Part shown: piece after piece, positions 54,291 to 64,000 of the stretch
Position numbering within the stretch: the stretch's first letter is position 1
Layout: each line of letters opens with the position of its first letter
Assembly: GCF_001194135.2 (NCBI RefSeq)
Contig: NC_068981.1
Coordinates: forward strand, 181,838,696 to 181,902,695
Direction: 5' to 3'
Length of the DNA stretch: 64,000 nucleotides
Source: Octopus bimaculoides
Taxonomy: Eukaryota
Position numbers and translations under genes: made by a program
Notes under the pieces: model-generated
Databases searched by the model: none
Told to the model about the DNA's origin: nothing
Seen by the model: only the letters and a program-made list of their open reading frames with translations

Positions 54291-55584
54291 CTTAAGAGCA
54301 ATAATATTATTAAATAAATTCCTAATGAATAAATAGTGGAACTTGAAGTATATAAAGTTATAAATAACATGCAGAATTTTGGGTCAAAAAACCCCCCTTG
54401 GATGGAAAAAGAGGTTTTTTTTTATCCCAATATTCTTCACTGAATTATTTTATAGATTTGTCAAACCATCTAAAGCCCATGCCAGCATTGAGAATGATGA
54501 TGATGATGACATCTACTTTGAATTCCACCATTAAAAATGATTTATTTCATATCTCTCATTTCTAAACACCCCTCCTCCTCATCCTCTTTCCCCCTCCTTA
54601 TCAGCATCATCAAATGACTTTTTTAATGTTTTTATTCATTTAAGGCTGTCCTAGAGAATTTTAATTTCTACTATCCATCAAATTTTTTTAAAAATCAATC
54701 GTGATTTATTGAATGTGATCAGACATAATTAAATTTGGTGGGGGGTGGGCAGGTAGAGAAGAAAGGTTTGCTTTCATATTACTGATTCTAACCTGTTGGC
54801 TGTGGCCATGTTAACAATTTCGTGACTGTATTTCAACTGGAGTCAAACCAATTTCGAGAGATGTTCTAAATGATATGTCAGATCTGATTTAGATTTCTCG
54901 CTTTTAGTTTCTCGGGACTAAACACAAGTGTATCTTTCGGGGGAAATAGACAAGTTAATAATGATATTCTATATTGTGATTGCTACTTCAAATGTTTTGG
55001 GGTAATTTTAGTTATTTGAAACAAATACAAGCCGCTGTCTACTCACTAAATAAAATTTACTTCTCAGAGTGACTTAGCTTTAAGCTTACATCAGCTTTTT
55101 CTGTTGAATCATTGAATCATTCTCAGATTCATATCATCATCATCATTCTAATGTCCACTTTTCCATGTTTGCATGGGTTGGAATTTTCTGAGGCAGTTTC
55201 CTACACCAGGATACCATTCTTGTTACTTGTCCACACCTACTTCTGAACAAGGTGGTACTTCCCCATGGCCAGATATAGAAGATTGGAATTGAAGAACACC
55301 ACTTGTGTGACAGTGATGCTCGTTTACAGCTGTTGTGTGATGTCAAAACAAGGGAGGCACAAACATATATGTATATCCACACACAGGCACACCTATGAAC
55401 ACATACTATTCCCCACCACATATATATGGTGCTGGTACCATTAGGAAGGGCATACAACCATAAAAACCGTCAAAACAGACAGTTGAACTTGGTGCAGTCC
55501 TCTGGCTTGTAGCTCCTGTCAACCATCGAACTCATGCCAGCATGGAAAGCAGATGTTAAATTGTGATAATCATGTATATATAGG

Positions 55585-55870
55585 TGTAGGAGGGGCTGTG
55601 TGGTAAGTAGTTTGCTACCAACCACATGGTCCCAGGTTCAGTCCCACTGCGTGGCACCTTGGACAAGTGTCTGCTACTATAGCCTCGGGCTATCCAAAGC
55701 CTTGTGAGTGGATTTGGTAGACGGAAACTGAAAGAAGCCTGGTGTGTGTGTGTGTGTGTGTGTGNNNNNNNNNNCGGAAACTGAAAGAAGCCTGGTGTGT
55801 GTGTGTGTGTGTGTGTGTCCACCATCGCTTGACAACCTATGTTGGTATGTTTACATCCCTATAACTTGAA
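55585..55870 (+). mobile_element. SINE family A, 3'-truncated
   Basis: Well-preserved head and core, (TG)n. Confidence 0.85.
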
Positions 55871-56282
55871 AACATGAAAAATAATCCAGAATCCTTTTTC
55901 AGTACCGGATCATTCCTAAAATCTAATCACTTCATGCCAGGCATTAGGCCAAACATCCCTGAAAGTTTCTAAATCTATCCAGCAGTTCTTGAGATATCTT
56001 GTCCACGGACAGACAAACAAAAATTCCACATTTCAGAAATACAGAATCAACAAACACAGTCATAAAGACACACAGTTGTTAAATTTTATTGAATTTTTTT
56101 TTCTCTGCCTTGAACTTTTTCAAAGAAAAATTTTATTTGACAATTCATTCCTTTAATGAATTTATTATTAACTCTTTGAATTTAAAAATCTTCTGTGATA
56201 ATTGGACATGTAATTTTGATTTATAAATTTGTTAAATGTGATGATGCATTTGTAAGTGAACAATGTTCATTGTTTCTTTCAG

Positions 56283-56409
56283 GTATCTATTCAGCCCAAT
56301 AGGTAGAACACTAGGTCTTAAAGAAGAAAAACATATTCGAATTATTCATCATGAAGCACTGGAGAAAGCTTTTAAGTTACATAAAACTCCATGTAATGGA
56401 CTTGTACAG
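56283..56409 (+). CDS. CERS: Internal exon (127 nt) of a ceramide synthase (LAG1/CerS, schlank-like, Hox-like domain start): (R)YLFSPIGRTLGLKEEKHIRIIHHEALEKAFKLHKTPCNGLVQ
   Basis: Acceptor tgtttctttcag, donor CAG|gtaaat, open frame. From memory it resembles the CerS segment R-F-x-x-P-x-G-x-x-LG-I/L...LEK-x-F/Y that precedes the Hox-like helices. The paralogue cannot be assigned. Confidence 0.75.
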
Positions 56410-56474
56410 GTAAATATGTTGACAATACTCTTTTTATGGTCTATTTTATGTTGAATTATGTTTCGCAATATCTT

Positions 56475-57230
56475 TTAGCTTGTTTCAGTCTTTAGAGTGC
56501 AGCCATGCTGGGGCACAATCTTGAAGAATTTTTAGTTGAATGGCTCAACCCTGTTAATTTTTTTTTTTTTTTTTTTTTAAACCCTGATAGTTATTTTATC
56601 AGTTTCTGTTTCCAGACTGCCAAGTTACAGGGATGTAAACACCAACACCAGTTGTTGAGTAAGGGTGGGGGACAAACGTACATGCACACGCTCACACTCA
56701 GACACTCTCAGAGACACACACATGCACTCAGACATAGATACACGAGCACTCAGACATAGATACACGAGCACTCAGACACAGATACACGAGCACTCAGGCA
56801 CAGATACACGAGCACTCAGGCACAGATACACGAGCACTCAGGCACAGATACACGAGCACTCAGGCACAGATACACNNNNNNNNNNNNNNNNNNNNACACG
56901 CACTCAGGCACAGATACACACGCACTCAGGCACAGATACACACGCACTCAGGCACAGATACACACGCACTCAGGCACAGACACTCGCGCACAGATACACA
57001 GATAAACACACGCTCTCAGACACAAATGCACACGCACACACTCTCTCTCGCTCGCACATACATTCTCTCACACACACATTTACTCTCTCTCTTGTCCACA
57101 CTCACACACACAGTGAATTTTCGGTTTCCATCTACCAAACCCACTCACAAGGCTTTGGTTAGCCTGAGGCTATAGATGAAGACATTTCCCCAAGGAACTG
57201 AACCTGGAGTCATGTGGTTGGGAAGCAACT
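56475..57230 (-). mobile_element. SINE family A expanded by an internal minisatellite
   Basis: Tail at 56475-56680 and core/head at 57115-57230 flank a 22-bp repeat array. Confidence 0.75.
56700..57000. repeat. 22-bp minisatellite (cactcaggcacagatacacgag / -acacg variants)
   Basis: Direct tandem units; the translated ORF shows a 22-residue period. Confidence 0.9.
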
Positions 57231-57475
57231 GTATTCCTTGTAAACGGACATTTTTTTTCTCCCAACTGTATTTGAAGGCATAAAAGATGCACAGACATTA
57301 GATGCGCTGCAATTTCAGCAGTGCATTAATGCATGTAATATAGGCACAACTTTGCTTAAAGAACCTGGGGTGGTTTTAGTTTATATATTTTTTTTTTTTA
57401 AACTTTTTGGAAAAGAAGTGTTTTATATACAAACAAATATGCTATAGATTTTTCTTTACTGTATTTCTTCAAAAT

Positions 57476-57715
57476 CAGTGGTTCTCAACCAGCATCCATG
57501 AGACCTTTTGGGGGACCCATATAAGATTTCATTGTTAGAATTGTGAAAGAAATTGTTTATACTTCTATAATATACAAAATATTTTTTTAACATAATTTCT
57601 AATATTTAATTATAAAAATGTGATTTAAAAAAAAAAAATTTGAGTGGCTATGAGAATCCACATGAGTAAAATAGGAATTAAAGAGGTCCAAGTAAAAAAT
57701 GGTTGAGAATCATTG
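57476..57715. mobile_element. hAT MITE related to 53132-53481, opposite orientation
   Basis: Termini cagtggttctcaacc / ggttgagaatcattg; TSD not preserved. Confidence 0.65.
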
Positions 57716-58909
57716 TCCTTAATGAGATTTTGTTTTTAATTCGCTAGTAGAAAATTTAACTGTTCTATAGCTATTTTAGGCATATTTGACCTTGTGAACT
57801 ATGAAAATGTGTCAGAGCTCTGAAGCAGTAAGTAAAAGGATGTTTGTTTTAGGCAGAGATCTATTATTGTATTCAATGTGGGATGGATCTTAAATATTAG
57901 ACCTAGCCTTTTAGATGTAGTCTTAATGGTCTGTGTCTAACTAGATAAAGTTGGAGTCTTTAAAATAACCATATTCATGAACTACTGAGCTGCATTAGAG
58001 AAGTTACAAAGAAGTACGTTACTTAAAAAAACAAATTCCTAAAAATAAACAAAGTTAATGATAGTGGTGTGCTTGAAATATATGTTACTGTAAACTTAAG
58101 TTATATTTACTGCAGTCCATCAAATTGGTATTATATTGACAGAATTGATACCAGCTGGGCTTCTCATTGCTCTGAGCAAATGAAAGTAAACTTCTTTATC
58201 TGTTAATGGTAGCTAATCTACGTTCTTTACTTTCCAGCTGTTATGTAAATTATCTCTTTGTTGATTACTGGTTTTGCTGTTTTGGTAATAAAACTATAGT
58301 TATAAGACAGATTTATTGCAAGCAATAAAACTTATCACAAGCAAGAAACCTATGGCTATCTTGGACTACATTATCTAATGTGTCCTTTTTTATTTTTATT
58401 AAAACAGTATTCTTCAGCTGTTTTTTCTCGTACTTTACTCCTCTATATACCTTATTCTCAAGGTATAAAGCTATCCAATACCCACTCAGTTTGTAGTCTT
58501 TCAAACTGCATGACAGCCTCACTAGTGCTGGTAGCATGCAAAATGCACCCAGTACTTACTGTAAAATGGTTGGCATTAGGAAGGGCATTCAGCCATAGAA
58601 ACTATGCTACAGCAGGCATTGGAGCATGATGTAGTGCTTGGGCCTATCAGATCCTGTCAAACCATTCAACCCTTGCCAGTATAGAACATGGATGCTAGGT
58701 GATGGTGATATGATGTGATTTGAGAAAGGTTTGACTGGAAAATGTAAGCAATGCTTTTATTGTCTAATGTTTATGGCATTTAAGTTCCCCAAGCTGTCAC
58801 CTCTTTTAGTACTAATTAGGCTTAATATTAAGTTTGATGACCAAATGTGAATTTGTGTTCTCGGCTTGATGTGGCTATAGATTTTGTTTTTGTTGTTGAA
58901 ATTACATAA

Positions 58910-59283
58910 GATGCTGGCATGGCTGTATGGTCAAGAAACTTGTTTGCAGCCATATGGTTTTGAGTTCTGTTCCCACTGCATGGCCTCTTAAACAAGTGTC
59001 TTCCATTATAGCTTTGAACTAAGCAATACTTTGTGAGTGAATCTGAAAGATGGAAACTGCATGGAAGCCTGTTGTGTGTATTTTTCAACCCTTCCCCAAT
59101 GCTTGACAACTGGTGCCAGTTTGTTTACATCTCCATAGCTTAGAAGTTTGGCAAAAGAGACCAATGAAATAAGCACCAAGCTTTAAAAAAAGTGTTAGTC
59201 GATTTTATTTGACTTAACTATTCAAGATGGTATCCCAACAGGGCTGCAGTCCAATGACTGTGGTCCTGTAAAAGATAAAAGAT
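58910..59283 (+). mobile_element. SINE family A, diverged
   Basis: Head, core and tail recognisable. Confidence 0.75.
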
Positions 59284-59962
59284 GATGAGAATGCTATGGA
59301 GATTCATGAAGGTGGAAGATGCCATTTATTGGTTATTGAAGTATTATGAAACATTGTTATTCTGAGTGTGTGAATAGAAATTTTCAGTAGTGTGAAACTT
59401 TTTGTAAGACTGCAATAAAGTTGGAATTTTTAGCTGATACTCTTCCAAGCTATTAACCAAGAAAATCGGAGGAAATTTATCTGAACTGTGAGTCAAAGAA
59501 AGGTTAAAAGAAATATTTGCCTCTCTGCAGTTGGCTTCACTTACATACGGATTGTGTTATAGAATCTGGTAATTGATTTGAGCTAAAGAATTGTTGGTTA
59601 GAGAAGAGAAGAAAGGAAAAAATTTGCATGAGTTTTATTTTTGAAAGATTTGTCAGAATGTTTGAATACTGCCATCAGGTAACCCCCTCCTCATAAAATT
59701 AGATTGTAATAATAGCTATAAGTATTCTAGCTGATGTAGAATAATTTGAATAAAGTTTTAACAATTAACTGATCTGTTTCTCATTCTTGTTTATTGCTTT
59801 TTAACTAGGTTAAGTTCGTCAGCATCACTAGTGTCCATTTTGATGTTAATGAGAGTTCACTATCTTGAATAATTTACAGTTAGTGGTTTTAACTATTAAT
59901 AGAATAACTATTAAGTAGGCCTATCCCACACATATACTTTTTTGGACAAATTCTGACTACAG

Positions 59963-60492
59963 CAGGGGTGGGTAAACTTTTTAGTGTGGTGGGCAAAAAT
60001 TTCCAAAGAAAAAGGTCCTCGGACAGATCACAAGTTCTAACTCTTATATTTGTGTAAATCTTGTATATATCTTTGTATAATTCGAGATACATTAATAAAG
60101 ATAAGTTTGAGACATTAAATTAGCATGTAACATTTTCATTAACGCCGCCACTGAATTTAGGACATTTATATTACCAATGCGGTATTTTATATTTTTCAGC
60201 TAGAGTGTAGTTGGGTCTCAAGGGGGTGGTACAAACCTAGCAATATGTGTTTTATAGTGAAAACAAAATTTCCAATCAAATGACAGTTACCAGACGATTT
60301 CTGTTCGAGTCTAACCATTTTAGCCGTAATGGAAACACAACCTATGTTACAAATAGCCATATGAATATTGTGTAAATTTTATAATTGAAAAATGTATTAT
60401 ATTTTGTACATACAAGTATACCAGCCTGTGGGTGCAATACAATGGGCTTGTAGGTGCAATTGTGCCTGCGGACGGGAGTTTCCCCATCCCTG
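59963..60492. mobile_element. hAT (Buster/Charlie-type) MITE, 530 bp
   Basis: TIRs caggggtgggtaaact / agtttccccatccctg; perfect 8-bp TSD gactacag (59955-59962, 60493-60500). Confidence 0.88.
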
Positions 60493-60500
60493 GACTACAG

Positions 60501-60815
60501 CATAGCTTAGTGGTAAAGGTTCTTCTACTCACAATCGTAAGGTTCTGAGTTCAATACCGGGGGGGGGGGCATGTTATATCCTTGAGCAAGATATTTTATT
60601 TCACATTATTCCAGTTCACTCAACTGGCAAAAATGTGTAGTACTTGTATTTCAAAGGCCAGCCTTGTCACATTCTGTGCCCTGCAGAATCTTCTCTGAGA
60701 ATTATGCTAAGAGTACATATGTTTCTGGAGTGCTCAGCCACTTGCATGTTAATTTCACGAGCAGGCTAGTCCATTGAGTGGATCAACTGGAACCCTCATT
60801 GATGTAACCAACACT
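60501..60815 (+). mobile_element. Older SINE sharing the family C 3' domain
   Basis: tRNA-like head (tagcttagtggtaaag...gagttcaatacc) and ggagtgctcagccacttgcatgttaatttcacgagcagg core. Confidence 0.75.
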
Positions 60816-61376
60816 GCCAGATTGAATTTTTCTGACTACAAGTATTGCCTTTATATGTAAACTTTTTTTTAAATTCTGAGATTATTTTGAAAAAGAAAGA
60901 AACTGGTGTAATTCAGTTAACAGCACAGCCCCCAAGTTTTTTTTTTAAACATGCATATTTTATAACAGTAATAAATTCTGTGTAAATTTCTTTGAACTTT
61001 TCTGTCATGAATTTGTATTACTAGTTTTGTTTGTTTTTAGTATATGAAACAATATAAGCATTGTTTATTTAGTAATACAAGCAACTGCTGTTAAGAAACG
61101 AGAATGTATGAAGTGACTGATAGTCATTTTCATGCATTTAATGTAAGGCAAGTTGATTAGCAGAAATAGTTAGGACTTACTTTGGGTGCTGCGGTCAGTT
61201 TAGGATCACTGACCTAAAAATTGATTTTCTGTTGTTTTGTTAGGTTTTAGACAATGCCTTTAATTCATTTTGCAGCAAACCTTTCTCATTTCACAGTTGA
61301 ATGGTTTGTGTTAGATGACCAACAATGTGTAAAACTCATGCTTTATCAGCAAAGATAATGTAAACATCATCTACGT

Positions 61377-62110
61377 CTATACATGCATATACACACGCAT
61401 CTATACATCCATATACACACGCATCTATACATGCATATACACACGCATCTATACATGCATATACACACGCATCTATACATGCATATACACACGCATCTAT
61501 ACATGCATATACACACGCATCTATACATGCATATACACNNNNNNNNNNNNNNNNNNNNNNNNNNNNNNNNNNNNNNNNNNNNNNNNNNNNNNNNNNNNNN
61601 NNNNNNNNNNNNNNNNNNNNNNNNNNNNNNNNNNNNNNNNNNNNNNNNNNNNNNNNNNNNNNNNNNNNNNNNNNNNNNNNNNNNNNNNNNNNNNNNCATA
61701 TACACACGCATCTATACATGCATATACACACGCATCTATACATGCATATACACACGCATCTATACATGCATATACACACGCATCTATACATGCATATACA
61801 CACGCATCTATATATGCATGCACACACATCTATACATGCATACACACATCTATACATGCATACACACATCAATACATGCATACACACACATCTATACATG
61901 CACACACACATCTATACATGCATACACACACATCTATACATGGATGCACACACACATCTATACATGGATGCACACACACATCCATACATGGATGCACAAA
62001 CACATCCATACATGGATGCACACACATCCATACATGCATACACACACACATGCATGCATGCATACATACACATCCATGCATGCATACACACACACATCCA
62101 TACAGGCATC
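61377..62110. repeat. 24-bp minisatellite (ctatacatgcatatacacacgcat), decaying rightwards, spans a gap
   Basis: Direct tandem units; source of the MHIHTHLY / CMYRCVCI pseudo-ORFs. Confidence 0.92.
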
Positions 62111-62224
62111 ACACTCACACACATTCATAGATGCATACATATGCTGTTGATAGGCCAGTTACTGTGGTATTTATTCTGAGATAACATGTCATATGTATGT
62201 GCTGTGTCTAAAGCACAATAAATA

Positions 62225-62416
62225 TTGCAGAGAGATGAATGTTCATCCCAGTTGCAGCTAGTGAAAGTTCCAGATGCATTTTGGATTTTAGGAGCACTTT
62301 TCAATAATGCATATTCCCAACCAACTACATACTTGGATGAGAATCTGGCACCAATGATATTGAAAACTGTGTATAAAGTATTCACTGATGTTTCAAATAA
62401 CTGCACATTTGAATAA
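62225..62416 (+). pseudogene. Possible fossil hAT transposase C-terminal (dimerisation domain) fragment
   Basis: DAFWI...PTTYLDENLAPMILKTVYKVFTDVSN resembles, from memory, the Buster/Charlie pattern FW...PTTYLCExxFSxxxxxKTKxRNxLDV. Confidence 0.45.
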
Positions 62417-63079
62417 AATTAGGTGCCATTGAAAAGGCCCCAAAATGCAAAAATGTGTCTGCCATTCTTACTAGCTGCTTCTGCAACCTTTCACCTGATA
62501 TTTGTGTTTTTGACACAGTGTGTAACTAAGAGATGTGGCAGGAGAAATACTGCAGTAAATGGCCCATCAGTGATGTATATATATTAAATATGATACATAG
62601 ATGGCTATTTTTAATTTAATATTTCCTCAGTTGCATATACCAGATTCACGTAAAAGCTTTTTTTGCATTTATCTGTTGGCTATTGTTTATAAACCATCTT
62701 CAAGTAAGATAAATTAAACTGTCAGTTTTAGTTGCTATTTGTTATATCTATGATTATATACAACTATTTCTGAGAGCAGTATTAACTTCCAGTCAACAAC
62801 TTCCTATAATTTGCAGTCTCTTTAATTATGACTTATTTCACTTTACCACACATTGTTCTTTTGTGCTGTTTATTACAAAGAGGAGAATATTTCACTTTTA
62901 ATGAGTAATTACAAGTGTTTGTATAATGTTCTATTGTATGACACACTTCACAATGGATATTTTAGATAAGTGGTTCTATCACTGCTTGCAGCTGTAAGTC
63001 TTAACACTTGTTCTACTAAAACGTGTTAACAAATTTTGTGTTTAAAGTGTGTATGACATTTTGATTCTTTGTGCATATA

Positions 63080-63452
63080 GGCTCAGGCCTATATGTGTGG
63101 TAAGAAGCTTGTTTCCCAATCACATGGTTCCCGGTTCAATCCCACAGTGTGGCACCCTCAGGCAAGTGTGTTCTACTGAAGCCTAGGGCCAGCCAAAGCC
63201 TTGTGAGTGGATTTGGTGGTAGATGGAAACTAAAAGAAGCCTGTTGCATTTGTGTGTATGTTTGTCCTCCACTACCACTTGCAATCAATGTTGATATGTT
63301 TATGTTCCTGTAAATTAGCAGTTTGGCAAGAGACTGATAGAATAAGTACTAGGCTTAAAAATAAATATTGGGGTTGATTTGAGTAACATTTTTCAAGGTG
63401 GTGCCCCAGCATGGCCACAGTCTAATGCCTGAAACAAGTAAAAGATAAAAGA
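63080..63452 (+). mobile_element. SINE family A
   Basis: Near full length. Confidence 0.85.
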
Positions 63453-63559
63453 TCTGTATGATGTATATCCTGATTTTTAGAATACAATGCATTGTATTCA
63501 TGAATGTTGAAATAGGCAACTAGAGTTTAAGGACATTTAGCCTCAAAATATCCTGTTCA

Positions 63560-64000
63560 ACTCACACATGCACACACAATTGGCTTCTTTCAGTTTCTGT
63601 CTACTATATCCACTCACAAAGCTTTGGTTGGCCTGAAGCTTTAGCAGAGGATACCTTCCCAAGGTTCCATATAGTGGGACTGAAGCCGGAACCATGTGAT
63701 TGGGAAGCAAGCTTCTTACCATACAGCCATGCCTGTACCTATAATATTCTCTTTTATTCTCTTTTACTTGTTTCAGTCATTTGACTGCCGCCATGCTGGA
63801 GCACTGCCTTTAGTCGAGCAAATCGACCTTAGAACTTATTCTTTGTAAGCCTTAGTACTTATTCTATCGGTCTCTTTTGCCGAACCGCTAAGTGACAGGG
63901 ACGTAAACACACCGCCATCGGTTGTCAAGCGATGTTGGGGGGACAAACACACACACACACATATATATATACATATATACGACAGGCTTCTTTCAGCTTC
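63560..64000 (-). mobile_element. SINE family A: 5' half (63560-63740) and a young copy running off the window (63752-64000)
   Basis: CpG-rich tail in the last copy. Confidence 0.8.

Noticed and set aside
54780-55045. Slight CpG retention upstream of the CerS exon and a short ORF MIFYIVIATSNVLG with a phase-2 donor
   Set aside because: About six CpGs is too weak for a promoter call, and the peptide is not CerS-like.
61336-62179. Many long Cys/His/Met-rich ORFs (also 56665-57162 and N-spanning ORFs)
   Set aside because: They are translations of minisatellites, microsatellites or gaps, with no protein-coding signal.
693-64000. Apparent minus-strand bias of family A SINEs (roughly 16 versus 8 by eye)
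   Set aside because: The sample is small and approximate and is compatible with chance.

Overview
AT-rich, repeat-dense animal genomic DNA from a gapped draft scaffold. The SINE families and microsatellite load suggest an octopus (inference). The main gene is on the minus strand: the 3' eight coding exons (36528-52672, about 869 aa, all GT-AG, phases consistent) of a lateral signaling target 2 / ZFYVE28 orthologue ending in an intact FYVE domain. Its 5' exons are not in the window. One plus-strand exon (56283-56409) encodes the start of the Hox-like domain of a ceramide synthase and lies antisense inside the LST2 intron; I found no other CerS exon, so the two genes appear nested or interleaved. 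The rest is tRNA-derived SINEs, RTE-type remnants, mariner/Tc1 and hAT fossils, TSD-flanked MITEs, micro/minisatellites and several fold-back hairpins. I found no convincing wholly new biological system. The best leads are the antisense gene overlap, an inverted young SINE pair bracketing four exons, and long intronic hairpins. SINE boundaries are approximate and everything was read by eye.
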